DNA of 64,000 bases, from assembly GCF_006345805.1 (NCBI RefSeq), contig NC_043001.1, forward strand, positions 28,582,001-28,646,000. The letters run 5' to 3'. Origin of the DNA: Octopus sinensis. Its lineage: Eukaryota. The position numbers and the translations under genes are program-made. Below, piece by piece: positions 1 to 13,866 of the stretch. Positions within the stretch are counted from its first letter, which is position 1. Every line of letters begins with the position of its first letter. The notes under the pieces are model-generated. The model did no database searches, was not told the origin of the DNA, and was given only the letters and a program-made list of their open reading frames with translations.

Positions 1-128
1 CATCCAGCTACAGAAACCATGCCAAAAAGAGACAATGGAGCCTGGTGCAGTCTTCTGCCTTACCAGCTCCTGTCAAACCATCTGACCCATACGAGCATAA
101 AAAGTAAACATTAAATGATGACGATGAG
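1..128 (+). mobile_element. 3' terminal fragment of the (GAT)n-tailed RTE LINE family (degenerate)
   Basis: catccagct...ggagcctggtgcag...cattaaatgatgacgatg matches the 3' end of the RTE copy at 21860-21999. A second fragment lies at ~415-608. Confidence 0.75.
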
Positions 129-325
129 AATATATATATATATGTATATATAATTTATATTCATGTTTTTAATAACTACTTGTATTCTTATCATATATGC
201 ATTGAATAATATACTATATGCATGTATGTTATTATGGTTGTTGTTTTGATAAATAAATAAGTCAACATTTTAATATCCTAAAGCTGATGAACCAACTAAT
301 GTGCTTCTCCATTTTCTTATTTGTA

Positions 326-357
<32 letters not shown>

Positions 358-704
358 TATATTAAATATATTGTGCTTGAGAGGACATGTCAAGCCAAGT
401 GAGACCGTAGTCCTGTTAAATAATGGGCACATAAAAAGTATCCAGTACACTCTTGGGGTGGTTGATATTAGGTAGGACATCCAGCTGTAGAAATCATGCC
501 AAACCCGATTGGAACCTGGTGCAGCTCCCCAGCTTACCACTTTTCAGTCAAACCATCCAATCCATGCCAGCATGTAAAATGGACGTTAACTGTTTGTGAT
601 GATGATGGCAAGATCACAAGCAGTGTCTAAGGTAAGTGGACAGCTAATTAAAAGGTTCGTGTGTGTAAATATATATATATATATTCACACACACATATAC
701 ACAA

Positions 705-741
<37 letters not shown>

Positions 742-814
742 AACATATATACATACATATATATACACACAAACATATATACATATATATACACAAACAT
801 ATATATATGTATCT

Positions 815-1368
815 TTTTTCAAGTGACTTCCAGCGAGCCTTATAGAAATTTAAGCTGGATAAAGTTTGAGCACCATCTGTGCAGAGTTTATCTTAAGTTA
901 ATTGCGGGTCATACATTGTCAGTTCTGTCATGTTATGGTCTGAGAATAATGTCAGTGATATATTTATGTTGTAGATAATTTCCACATTGTTTGTAAAACA
1001 GAGGTTCAGGATATTTTTGTGCCTGGTTGGAGAGAGTATAATCTCCTCCATGAATAGCACGAGATTCTGCCTGATTTCGCTCTTTGTGCATCATTCCTGG
1101 GGTTATGTTGCCCTCAGGCCGCCTGATATTGGGGAAGTTGAAGTCACCCATCAAGAATATAGTAGTACGTTGATCCAATTGTGTTAGTACTTCCTTTATT
1201 GCACTGAGGCTTTCCTCAAATTTTCCATCATGACTTAAGGCATCAGGTGGGTAACATAGTGTGCATATCACTAAATCAAGTTCCTTTAGATGTACGATGA
1301 TTGTGTCACAGACCGAGTTTGAGTTCGATAACAGGTTTAATGGTGTGAAATCTTTGCAGATGTACACA
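815..1368 (-). pseudogene. LINE (CR1/L2-group) apurinic-endonuclease domain fragment, degenerate
   Basis: ORF 933-1382(-) contains VICTLCYPPD and IFLMGDFNFPNI (APE GDFN motif). Frameshifted continuations read ILNLCFTN and SLNFYKARWK. The fragment abuts a SINE at ~1369. Confidence 0.8.
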
Positions 1369-1750
1369 TGCTTACCAACCACATGGTTCCGGGTTCAGTC
1401 CCACTGCGTGGCACCTTGGGCAAGTGTCTTCTACTATAGCCTCGGGCCGACCAAAGCCTTATGAGTGGATTTGGTAGACGGAAACTGAAAGAAGCCCGTC
1501 AGATATATGTGTATATATATATATGTGTGTGTGTGTGTATGTTTGTGTGTCTGTGTTTGTCCCCCTAGCATTGTTTGACAACCGATGCTGGTGTGTTTAT
1601 GTCCCCGTTACTTAGTGGTTCGGCAAAAGAGACCGATAGAATAAGTACTGGGCTTACAAAAGAATAAGTCCTGGTGTCGAGTTGCTCGATTAAAGGCGGG
1701 GCTCCAGCATGGCCGCAGTCAAAATGACTGAAACAAGGAAAAAGAAAAAA
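1369..1750 (+). mobile_element. tRNA-derived SINE family A (5'-clipped copy)
   Basis: B-box GGTTCAGTCCC, conserved body gcaccttgggcaagtgtcttc, internal (TA)/(TG) microsatellite, and 3' end tgactgaaacaag followed by an A-rich tail. Confidence 0.9.
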
Positions 1751-1764
1751 GAAAGAAAGAAGAA

Positions 1765-1795
<31 letters not shown>

Positions 1796-2521
1796 TACTG
1801 TCCTCTTTTATTGAATACAATCAGCTACCTAGTACCTTCTTTTGGCATTCTTATTCTAAATTTGATTCTTCAAGTCAACTATATTGTACTTGGTCATAGT
1901 TATAACTCACACACAATGGAAACTCAGCACAAAGTATTTATGACACAGAAAAAAATATATAAATATCTAACAAAAGAAATATCAAAGGTGTTACTAAATT
2001 AAGATATAACTTCTTAAAACTTGTTTCAGAAGAGAAGATATTTCTGTATTTAAAAAAAAAAATTAAAAAAAAAAACACACACACAATGAGGCTGTTGGTG
2101 CAAATAAATAAATAAATAAATAAGTTTCTGGGAAGATATCTCAAAGACAAGTTCGGTATAACAGACTGACCTTTCATCTCTTGTTGATAACTCAGAGACC
2201 ATGATATTCTTTAACTGATAGCAATACTTAGCTGAATTGATAGCAACCAAACCAGCTATTTTCTCTCTCTCTCTCTCTCACACACATACACACATATATA
2301 CCAAGTAGGATCACAAGTAAAATGTTTGTCCATATCACTACTAAAACTACCAGAGCCAACAGTAAGTCTAGAGACAGAAGGCAACCATGGATGACTGCCA
2401 TAAACATCAAGTACATTTCTAACACCCACACACACACATTTACATACACACAAGCACAGAATCTCAATAAAAAGTCACATAAGCATGAAATTGCAGAAAA
2501 ATACAGAGCGAGCGGGATAGT

Positions 2522-2559
<38 letters not shown>

Positions 2560-2809
2560 GGCAGGCAGGCAGGCAGACAGGCAGGCAGACAGACAGACAG
2601 AGAAAGCAAGAAATATAGGGAGAGCGCAATAGAGAGACTTTTCTACAGTTGAATGTCCTTTCTGTCAACAATCTTTCCAAGTAAGGTAATGCCTCCCCCA
2701 TGGTAAGACGTTTCTGCAGAATAAGAACAAACAACACTGCTTGTATGACAGTGAAGCTCATTTACAACTACTATGTAATGTCAAGAGAAGGACAGACTTA
2801 CACAAACAC

Positions 2810-2969
2810 GCATGCATGACTGTGTGGTAAGAAGCTTGCTTCCCAACCACATGGTTCTGGGTTCAATCTCGGCGTGTGGCACCTTGGACAAGTGTCTTCT
2901 ACTATAGCCTCGGGCCAACCAAAGCCTTGTGAGTGGATCTGGTAGACAGAAACTGAAAGAAGCCCATCG

Positions 2970-3021
<52 letters not shown>

Positions 3022-3222
3022 TATGTGTCTGTTTTCCCCCACCCCACATCGCTTGACAACCGATGCCGGTGTGTTTACATCCCCGTAACTTAGTGGTTCG
3101 GCAAAAGAGACCGATAGAATAAGTACTAGGCTTACAAAGAATAAGTCCTGGGGTCGATTTGCTCGACTAAAGGTGGTGCTCGAGCATGGTCACAGTCAAA
3201 TGACTGAAACAAGTAAAAGAGT
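2810..3222 (+). mobile_element. tRNA-derived SINE family A
   Basis: Full head-body-microsatellite-tail match to the other copies. Confidence 0.9.
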
Positions 3223-3859
3223 ATTAGTGCATGCACATATTTAAACCGGTTAACAGCTGAGGTACGCATGCGTACGTACACACACTATGGACAACTGCTT
3301 CAAACCTTCAGCTTCTATACTCCGAATATAAATTCACATTTATATCAGGGGAAACAAAAAAATCAGCTAGCAAACATACTACAAATATAGCCTGTAAGTG
3401 GAACAAAAGTAAGCAACACTTTTCTTAAGTTTGAAATGTGAAAATGATTTTGTCATCTGCATTCCTATCATGAAACTGTATCATTCTTAGAAATCAGCTC
3501 CTTCCTAACAGGAAGACTTCAAATAACTAAAAACCAAGAGAACACACATTGACACAAACACACATACACACACAATCAGTGGTCTCTCCAGTATTCAAGC
3601 AACTTAAGGCCTAGCCCCAAAACACCAACAATTAATTCTGTCTATTTCAAACCAATAAGATACTTCTAAGAATACTATGTTTGTTCTTGAATTGCAATAC
3701 TTATCTGGACCCAAAGACAGGACTTGGGGCTGAGAAATAATTGCTTGGCATGCTGATAATTTTGCCAGCTAATCACCTTAAAATAGTCTATTATTGGGAC
3801 ATAGATTATTTTCTATAGTCAACCTATGGTGAAAGCTTATAATTAGATTTACAAAACAT

Positions 3860-4335
3860 CATTCAAAATCAAAATCAAATTCGATGACTGGCATCAGTGC
3901 TAGTGAAGTGCTGAGAGCACCATCCGAGCATGATCATTGCCAGAGCAGCAAACTCGCTTCCGTGCTGGTGGCATGTAAGAAGCACCATTCGAGCGTGATC
4001 GTTACTGGCACTTGTGCTGGTGGCACGTGAAGAAACATTCGAGTGAGGTCCTTGTCAGTGCCACTGGATTGGCTCCTGTACAGGTGGCACATAAAAAACA
4101 CCAGTTGAGTGTGGTTGCTGCCAGTACCACCTGGCTGGCCCTTGTGCTGGTGGCACATAAAAGCACCCACTACACTCTCCAAGTGATTGGCATTAGGAAG
4201 GGCATCCAGCTGTAGAAACTCTGCCAGATCAGATTGGAGCCTGGTGCAGCCATCCGGTTCGCCAGTCCTCAGTCAAATTGTCCAACCCATGCTAGCATGG
4301 AAAGCAGACATTAAACGATGATGATGGTGATGATA
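3860..4335 (+). mobile_element. RTE LINE 3' UTR fragment with four gtgc-ggtg-gcac-A-rich-cacc modules and a (GAT)n tail
   Basis: Homologous to 21710-21999 and ends ttaaacgatgatgatg. Confidence 0.85.
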
Positions 4336-4377
4336 TTACTTTCTACCATTTCTTAGTTTATGCATAGTAGGTAGACA

Positions 4378-4745
4378 GGCACAGGTGTGGCTGCATGGTA
4401 AGAAGCTTCCCAACCACATGGTTCAGGGTTCAGTCCCAGTATATGGCACCTTGGACAAGTGTCTTCAACTATAGCCTCGGGTCAACCAAAGCCTTGTGAG
4501 TGGATTTGGTAGACGGAACTGAAAGAAACCTGCTGTGTGTGTGTGTCTTTGTTTGTCCCTCTGTCACTACTTGACAACCAGTGTTGGTGTATTTATATCC
4601 CCTTAAACTAGTGGTTCAGCAAAAGAGACCAATAAAATAAGTACTAGACTTTAGAAAATAAATCCTGGGACCAAATTTATTCAAAGCAGTGCTCCAGCAT
4701 GGCCACCGTCAACTGACTGAAACCAGTAAAAGAATAAAAGAATAT
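4378..4745 (+). mobile_element. tRNA-derived SINE family A (diverged)
   Basis: Family A head, body and tail motifs are present. Confidence 0.85.
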
Positions 4746-4780
4746 TGGATATTATTTTTTAAAAAACCTTTTTTGTAATT

Positions 4781-4931
4781 AAACAATTGCAGCATGGAAG
4801 GTGTTTATAAGCCATTTAAGAAACACACAAAAACCATTAGATGGCAAATTAAATTTAAATGTTGAAGTGAATCTAACACATCTAAGTGTTTCTTAAATGG
4901 CTTATAAACATCTTCCACGCTGCAATTGTTT
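4781..4931. repeat. 46-bp inverted repeat with 59-nt spacer
   Basis: 4781-4826 is the reverse complement of 4886-4931 with 2 mismatches. Confidence 0.9.
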
Positions 4932-7736
4932 TTGTTGCAGCCCACGATCTCAGATCAGGTCACTTGCTATGCAAGTACATCTCCGTAATTTTTTGGTAAT
5001 TAAATTTTCATAATTAAAATGCATTGCACAAAGAACTACTTTTATGTTACTCTAATTTATTCGCTACGGCCTGGTACAATGATTATTATAGTGGAATAAA
5101 GGAAGCTGGAATTATAATTCAGGTGGATATTCTGGGGTAATATTTATTTATGTAATCTAATATAAATTTACCCATAATGAAGAACAATATGGTGTTAGAT
5201 CTAAAAGGAAAATCATTTGGACAGAGGAAGTGAGAAATTACCAAATCAGGCTGACCTCTACTGAAAACTGTGTGTCTAGTAGACATATATTAGTTTCAAA
5301 TCAGATGGTATTAACAGATTGACTGTGAGGTTATATGCAAAAGCTTCAGGAGAAAAACCATATTGTTGGTTGTGCTTAGTTTTCCAGGTCAATTATGGAC
5401 CACTGACGATTATAGTAATTATAAATATAATCTGAATGAATGCAAACATCCTTTTAAATCCACGAGTCATTTAAATAACTACAAATGCTTGAAGTCATTT
5501 GGTACTTATGTGAGAGAGAGATAATAATTCCTATTGGTGTGTGTGCATAGTACCTTCTATGACGTGAGTCTGCAAAGCCGGAAAATGAATGGCATAACAA
5601 ATTTGTTGGCATTAAGAAGGGTACCCAGCTCTAAAAGCCCTGCCAGATCAAGATTGGAGCCTGATGCAGCCATCTGGTTCGCCAGTCCTCAGTCAAATCG
5701 TCCAACCCAGCATGGAAAGCGGACAATAAACGATGATGATGATGATGGTAATAAAAGGGTTAAATAATTTTACTATAGAAATTCATGCTCAGAAAATTAA
5801 AGAATGAAAGAAATTTTGTTTTTTCTATTTATTTGTTACTGTCACACTAAATGATTTATACCATTACAATTCTCAGTATTTTTGTTTGTCAAATAAATTC
5901 TAGTTGACATAAGACAGCCAACATATTCAAATTATCTAAACCAACTATTGAAAAATCAATTGTCCACATTATTGTCAATCTGCACCCCCATCCAAGCCTG
6001 GGGTAGACACTTGTTTTGAAAGCTACTCTGGACAAAAGGAAATAAACATGTTAGATTCCACACAATAGCTACTTGTCGAGTAATCAGTACAAGCATACAG
6101 TCAAGCACCATGTGAGAATTTCTGCAATTGTAGATTAGAGTGTAGTTAGATGCTTAAATTCTATTGAATTATGGTACCCAAAACAGTTGGTGTATTAAAT
6201 TTTGTTACAAAATGATACTAAGCCTGTGTTTAATATTAGAGTCAAAACGTCTGTGGTTTAATTGTTGTACGTCAAGTGCTACATACATGCATGCATGCAT
6301 GCATGCAGGTCTGCAGACAAATGACAAATGAGGAAAAGAATATAGAATTTTCTGTTTTACTATACACAAAAATACATTATGGAACTGTTATTTCAATGAG
6401 TTATATATCTATTTATCACCCGAAGTGATACATCAGCACCGTCAGATGTTAAGTATCCCACAAGTGAGAGATTGATGCTAGATGTGTCAAAACAATTGTA
6501 GTGATTAATAAAAATTCCTGTCTCTTCCATTTACCATATATATGTTGGTTGACCCTAGGACTTCTTCTTTGTAAACCTAGTACTTATTCTATTGGTCTCT
6601 TTTGTCAAACTGCTAAGTTACGGGGGAGTATATATATCTATTTTTTATCTTTTAACTTTGACTTGTTTCAGCCATTAGACTGTGGCCATGCTGGGGCACC
6701 AGGTTGAACTTTTAGTCAAATGAATTGAGCCCAGTATTTTTTTTGAAAGCCTGTTATTCTATCAATCTCCTTTGCCAAACTGCTAAGTTACAGGGATGCA
6801 AACACATCAACACTGGTGGGGAAACAAATCCACTCACAAGGCTTTGGTCAGTCCAAGGTTATAGTAGAAGACACTTGTCCATGATGCCATGCAGTGAGAC
6901 TGAATCCAGAACCATGTGGGAGGGAAGCAAGCTTCTTACCACACAGCCGCAACTGAGAAATATTGGTTACAGACACACTTGTTGCTTCACACCACACATC
7001 TAAATTAACCAACAAGCAAAGCAATTATAAAAGTCTATTTATCTATTTTCATAACCCACTTCACTGTGCTTAAGAAGACATGCGAAACTGTGGTTAGCGC
7101 CAGTGACATGTAAAAGGCAACCAGTACACATTGTGGAGTGGCTGGTGCTAGGAAGAGCATCTTGGCCACAGGAAGCTAGCCAGAACAGACAACTGGTGCC
7201 TGGTGCAGATCTCCAGCTTACCAGCTCTGACCAAACCATCTAACCCATACCAACGTGGAAAATAGACATTAATTAATGATGATGAAGCTTGTAGAGGCAG
7301 AGTCCTCAGAATGTGGTTGCCAGAGAATCCTACCAGAAGCAACAATTCAGCAAATGTTCTGACTGGAACCTCAAATACTAAAAAAAAAAAAAAGAAAAAA
7401 AGAAAGATCAAAGTTATGGATATTACCTAACCATCTCATTTGAAACAACTAGGTCTCCTGCTGGTTGGTCTTTACCATAAAATCCAGGAATTTTCCCTCA
7501 GACATTAAAATGCTCAATAAGATACTCAAGAATACTCAAATTAAAACCATTGAAATTATGACAATGTCTGTTTGAAATGTGAAACAGAAATTAAAAACTC
7601 CTGAATACACCATACAAAGCAGATAAGTATATATAACTAGTTATTATAGTCTAGGTATTGCAAATTTCATCAGTCAGTCTAAGACTGTCTCCATTATGGA
7701 TGTGAATGAGAGTCCATGTCTACAAGTGACTTTTAA

Positions 7737-8875
7737 CCCTTTCATTACCAAACCGGCTGAAACCGGCTCTGGCTCTGAGTCACCAAACCTTAGTCACAAT
7801 TTATGTTCCTAACTCTAGCTTAATGAAAACTAAGTTATTTTACTAAATTCTTTATATTTAAAGTAATTGAAAGAAACACAGAACATCTCAAAATGAAAGG
7901 AAGAGAATTTCTTATTTCTTATTTCTTTACTGCCCACAAAGGGCTAAACATAGAAGGGACAAACAAGGACAGACAAAGGGTTTAAGTCGATTACATCGAC
8001 CCCAGTGCATAACTGGTACTTAACTTATCAACCCTGAAAGGATGAAAGGTAAAATCAACCTTGGCGAAATTTGAACTTAGAATGCAAAGACAGATGAAAT
8101 ACCTATTTTATGTTCCTAACTCTAGCTTAATGATAACTAAGTTACTTTACTAAATTCTTTATATTTCAAGTAATTGAAAGAAACACAGAACATCTCAAAG
8201 CGAAAGGAAGAGAATTTCTTATTTCTTTACTGCCCACAAGGGGCTAAACACAGAGAGGACAAACAAAGACAAATGGATTAAGTCGATTATATCGACCCCA
8301 GTGCGTAACTGGTACTTATTTAATCGACCCTGAAAGGATGAAAGGTAAAATCGACCTCGGCGGAATTTGAACTTAGAATGCAAAGACAGATGAAATACCT
8401 ATTTCTTTACTACCCACAAGGGGCTAAACACAAAGAGGACAAAGGGTCTAAGTCGATTATATCGACCCAAGTGCGTAACTGGTACTTAATTTATCAACCC
8501 TGAAAGGATGAAAGGTAAAATCAACATTTCTTTACTACCCACAAGGGGCTAAACACAAAGAGGACAAAGGGTCTAAGTCGATTATATCGACCCAAGTGCG
8601 TAACTGGTACTTAATTTATCAACCCTGAAAGGATGAAAGGTAAAATCAACCTTGGCGAAATTTGAACTTAGAATGCAAAGACAGATGAAATACCTATTTC
8701 TTTACTACCCACAAGGGGCTAAACACAGAGAGGACAAATGGATTAAGTCGATTATATCGACCCCAGTGCGTAACTGGTACTTATTTAATCGACCCCGAAA
8801 GGATGAAAGGCAAAGTCGACCTCAGCTGAATTTGAACTCAGAACAAATTTCTGCAGAAATACGGTAACAAAAGGG
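7737..8875. mobile_element. piggyBac-type MITE family 1 carrying a tandem array of SINE family B segments
   Basis: TTAA|CCCTTT...AAAGGG|TTAA termini. Five minus-strand SINE B segments lie between ~7912 and 8845, and part of the MITE is repeated at ~8108-8200. Confidence 0.8.
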
Positions 8876-9883
8876 TTAAATAAAAGAAAGAACACACAGA
8901 AGAATAGGATAGTCCTAGATAAAATCAAGCAGAATCAGTGTGTCAAACGAATAATACCCTACAGCATTAGTGATCCATCTTAATTAGGTTCATTAATGTT
9001 TAGTCAATTTGGCCATTCTTCCTTACAGAGTCAATAAAAAAAGTAATAGAAAAAATACTGGGGTTGATATAATATAATCAGCTAAAAATGCCTAAAAGCA
9101 ATGTCCCCATCATGGCCTAGTTCAATGAGGAAAACTAGTAAATGTATGAAACAAAAAAAAATCTAATTAAATCTCCCCACCAAAAAATATCTTTTTATAC
9201 AACCTGCTTTGGGCCTTGCCAAAATAAATGAAAGTGGAATGTAGAAAAATTCAGCTGTCAAATGGATGTAATGTCAAACTTTGGGTACATAGTTGTTTAT
9301 ATTAGAGAAACAGGATGTTTGTTATAGACTTTCTATTGTGTGACTTATGATATGCTGGAAATTTGTCATAGTTGACTCATTCAGCTTACATTTTTCTTAA
9401 TCTAAGACAAGACCAGACCAAACCAACATGATGTCTTTTAAGCACGAAGAATAGCAACCAAATATCCCTCACATCACATCATACAAATAAAAGGAAGAAC
9501 ACACTGAATAAGATAGTCCTGGATAGAATCTGTGAGTAAGAAAGAAAAAAAAAGATGTGATGGTCATGGGTGGAACATCTTTGATCATAGGTCTGCTCAG
9601 TCAGAATTAACAGTAACATCAACAACATCAGACTTTACTTAATTCTACTGAAGTTTGCTCAGCTGGGTTGATTGCATTAGAAAGCATCTCAGAGGCACTC
9701 TTCAAAATAGTTAAAATACAAGTTTTGCACCACTGATGAGGTCTAATAAGACTGAAATATGTAAAATTATCACAGTTTTAGATAAAAATTTGATTCACTC
9801 CACAATGCATTGCTCAAATTTTATATCTAATTAAATTAAATGTCAGCATTAGCTTTTCTTTATTTGATGATCAGAATTAATTA

Positions 9884-10302
9884 TTACTCTCTTTATTCTT
9901 TACTCTTTTACATGTTTCAGTCATTTGACTGTGGCCATGCTGGAGCACCGCCTTTAGTCGAGCAAATCGACCCCGGGACTTATTCTTTGTAAGCCCAGTA
10001 CTTATTCTATCGGTCTCTTTTGCCGAACCGCTAAGTGACGGGGACGTAAACACACCAGCATCGGTTGTCAAGCAATGCTAGGGGTACAAACACAGACACA
10101 CAAACACATACATACATATACATATATATATACACATATATACGACAGGCTTCTTTCAGTTTCCGTCTACCAAATCCACTCACAAGGCATTGGTCGGCCC
10201 GGGGCTATAGCAGAAGACACTTGCCCAAGGTGCCACGCAGTGGGACTGAACCCGGAACCATGTGGTTGGTTAGCAAGCTACTTACCACACAGCCACTCCT
10301 GC
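9884..10302 (-). mobile_element. tRNA-derived SINE family A, young full-length copy
   Basis: CpGs are retained. A-box TGGCTGTGTGG and B-box GGTTCAGTCCC lie on the minus strand. Confidence 0.92.
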
Positions 10303-11024
10303 TATATTAAACCAATATATTTTTTCTTCCTCATTACAAGAATAATTTTTCGTTAATTAATATCTCTTAATTCATTACTTAAATAAGCATGTGTACACTG
10401 ACTTAACACTAGAATATTCAGACGCATTTAAAGAAACAGACATGCTATTCATATCTGCTGTTTCTGCAACACATTACAGACTTTTGTTGTTGATTAAGGA
10501 ACCACAAACTGAGAGGTTGATTACTTTCTATTTGTAAAAGCCTTCTCTAAAAATATATCCAAATCAGAAATTTTAATTCAGGCTCATTAAAGATAAGAGA
10601 TTGTTTACCAACTCTACCTCTATCTTTTCCACACAAAAAAAAAAATTTACTCATTTTTTTTTTCTCCTCTTTGTTAAAACTCTTAACATATCAAATCCAG
10701 ACACATGCTTTTTCTAAAAAAAAAAAATATATGGAAGAAAAGAAAAGAGGAACTCCCTACTGTGTGCATGTATAGTGCAATACACATGCATATATGTATG
10801 TACATAGGTAATGTATGCGTGTTCTCCCTCCCCTCGCCAATCTTTGATTTATATGAAAAGATTATGAAAAAGGAAGTCTTCACAATTTTGTGTCATTTAT
10901 CAACTTGCAGCAGCTTGTCTATTCAAATAGAAGCAGATGAGAACAAAAGTACCTTCCACTGGGTAAAATAAATTGGGAACTTATATAATTACAACATAAA
11001 TTTGGCTGTATCTTTGGAGGATTA

Positions 11025-11171
11025 TTATGCGTGGTAAGTGGGTTACTTACCAGCCACATGGTTCCTGGTTCAGTCCGACTGCGTGGCACCTTGGGTGTCT
11101 TCTACTATAGCCTCTGGCCAACCAAAGCCTTGTGAGTGGATTTGGTAGAAGGAAACTGAAAGAAGCCTATC

Positions 11172-11207
<36 letters not shown>

Positions 11208-11461
11208 TCTCTTTCTTTTATATATATATATGCATGTATGTGTATATGTTTGTGTATGTGTCCCCCCAACATCACTTGACAACTGATGCTGGTGTGTTTA
11301 CATCCCCGTAACTTAGCAGTCCGGCAAAAGAGACTGATAGAATAAGTACTAGGCTTACAAAGAATAAGTCATGGGGTCAATTTGCTCGACTAAAGGTGGT
11401 GCTCCAGCATGGCCACAGTCAAAATGACTGAAGCAAGTAAAAGAGTAAAAGAGTAAAGAGT
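11025..11461 (+). mobile_element. tRNA-derived SINE family A
   Basis: Family motifs and a (taaaagag)n tail. Confidence 0.88.
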
Positions 11462-12042
11462 ATACAAGGAAATTAATTTAAAAAAAGGAAAGGTCATCAC
11501 TGGAACACCCTTCATCATAAACCTGTTGTTTAATTAGAGCAAATTCTACACTAAACAATAATAAGAGTAAAAGCAGCAGCAACATGAAGAAGTGCAAGAC
11601 AGCCTCAAAAATTCTAATATATACACCAACACTGATACAGAGTGACAAGGCATTTATTATACACAAGAGCAGTATCAGCAACATAGGATAATAAGGGAAC
11701 ATTTATATGGTTACATGATCTGCTAGAAATAGCAACCATATCACTTCCAACTGTCTTAAAATGAAAAGCTAAGGATACATTAAATAATATAGTCCTACAT
11801 ACACGGCCTGACTTATAGATGACATGGTCACATTTGGAAGATCGTTGATTATAGGTGCAATCATTCAGAGCTTAAATGGCACAAAATACTCGTACATAGT
11901 CACAAGACATTTACTATATATCACAGCAAGTAGCATCAACAGCATGAGCCAATAAGAGGATGTCTATGTAGCCATTAATCTACTAGAAATAGCAGCCATA
12001 CCATAACCAACGAAGAACACGTCAAATAACATAAGCGTATAT

Positions 12043-12229
12043 AGGCGCAGGAGTGGCTGTGTGGTAAGTAGCTTGCTTACAAACCACACGGTTCCGGGTT
12101 CAGTCCCACTGCGTGGCACCTTGGGCAAGTGTCTTCTACTATAGCCTCGGGCCGACAAAAGCCTGTGAGTGGATTTGGTAGACGGAAACTGAAAGAAGCC
12201 CGTTGTATATATGTATATATATATATATA

Positions 12230-12279
<50 letters not shown>

Positions 12280-12530
12280 ATGTATGTTTGTGTGCATGTA
12301 TGTTTGTGTGTCTGTGTTTGTCTCCCTAGCATTGCTTGACAACCGATGCTGGTGTGTTTCTGTCCCCGTTACTTAGCAGTTTGGCAAAAGAGACCGATAG
12401 AATAAGTACTGGGCTTACAAAGAATAAGTCCCGGGGTCGAGTTGCTTGATTAAAGGCGGTGCTCCAGCATGGCCGCAGTCAAAATGACTGAAACAAGTAA
12501 AAAGATAAAAAAAGAAAGAAAAAGAAAAGT
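12043..12530 (+). mobile_element. tRNA-derived SINE family A with 14-bp target-site duplication
   Basis: Full-length copy flanked by ataacataagcgta at 12026-12039 and 12531-12544. Confidence 0.93.
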
Positions 12531-12881
12531 ATAACATAAGCGTAGATAAATGTCTGATTTATAGAAGGTATAGTGACAACTGGAAGGCTTTTGGTCATAA
12601 GGTATGCTCTTTCAGATCTTAACTAGTATTAACAGCAATTAACATCACTAACAACAACAGTTCTTGCAGAGAATGTAAAATAACATTATTATCAATATAT
12701 CATCACTAAATAACTAACCCACTCAAAGCTCCAACAATCCTTTCAGCAAATGTAACCAGACACAACTGCTGACATACCTTCCATTAATTATGAATTAATT
12801 ACTAAGATTTAATCTAAACGAGGTTAAAAGTTGAAAATAAAAAGGATTGTTCGTAGATCCCGTTGATCTACTTGCTCAAAT

Positions 12882-13866
12882 TATTTCATTTTCATTTCAT
12901 TTCATTTGGGTTTGAGTCCATGCTCAGGCCAAGTCGAAGACTCCACCCTCAGAGTCTGGTGTGGTTGCCAGGTTGTATTCTCTGCTTAAATTTGACATGT
13001 TGTAGGAGCGAGTTTGAGTCAGTTTGTGCTCGTTGTGTATATCCTGGGAGATGGGGTTCATCTCTAATGGTGCTTAAGTATCTATCCAGTTGCAATTTGA
13101 ATGATTCCACACTGCATCCTGATAGATTTCTGACATGTACCGGAATGGAGTTGAACAGTTGCGCTCCTCGAACCAACAGACTTGATTCTCGCAGGGTTTT
13201 TGCTGCCTGGCCAGCCTTTTTGTTGATTGGTGGCAGCTGGCAGCGTCTTCCGTGGCGCAGTGAGTGGTAGGTTTTGATACCAAAGTTTGGCACCTTCTGC
13301 TCTATCATTTTCCAAATGTATATAATTCGGTATCGCTCAAATCTTCTTTCTATTGAGTACATCCTCAAGGTTTTGAGTCTTTGCCAATAGTCCAGGTCCC
13401 TCGTTTCTGAGAAGTATGAGGTAAAATTTCTTTGGAGCGATTCTATCTTAGATAGTTGGCCCTTTGTTGTTGGTGACCACAACTGAGAACAGTAGTCAAT
13501 CCTCGGAAGTATCATACTGTTCCAGAGGGTTTTCATTGTTGAGGTATCTCTTGATTTGAAGGTGCGCAAGATCCACACCGCTGTACTTTCTTGCAGTAAG
13601 ACAGACTGAGTCAAGGTGTTCTCTGATTTTAGGTTGGTTCCCATGTGGATGCCTAAATCTTTCACATACTGTTTTTCCATTATTTGTTGTCCTGATGGGT
13701 TTCTGTAGTTTGTTGTATTTTTCAGATCTTGATCTGTTCCGTAGCGAATTAGTTCAAACTTCTTATCATTGAACAACATGTTGTTTGTTTCCTGCCATTT
13801 ATATATGGTGGTCAGGTCCTTTTGTAAGGCCTCTGTATCCACCTCGTCTTTGATTTGTGCAATATC
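12882..13866 (-). mobile_element. 5'-truncated CR1-group LINE (RT C-terminal half) with (AAATG)n tail
   Basis: ORF 12949-13878(-) contains ALQKDL..IYKW...NNMLFN..KF, KDLGI, PRIDYCSQLWSP, IESLQRNFT, FNSIP and FKLQLD. The 3' pentamer tail is at 12882-12907. Confidence 0.9.

Noticed and set aside
284-310. CTGATGA hammerhead core match
   Set aside because: No stem II, GAAA or stem III follows.
2228-2761. 177-aa hydrophobic ORF
   Set aside because: It is built from (GACA)n, (CA)n and (GA)n repeats plus an old dispersed repeat.
4143-4168. Apparent covariation in pseudoknot stem 1 (CGUGC/GCACG vs UGUGC/GCACA)
   Set aside because: Both changes are CpG deamination products and occur independently in other copies, so they are not counted as structural evidence.
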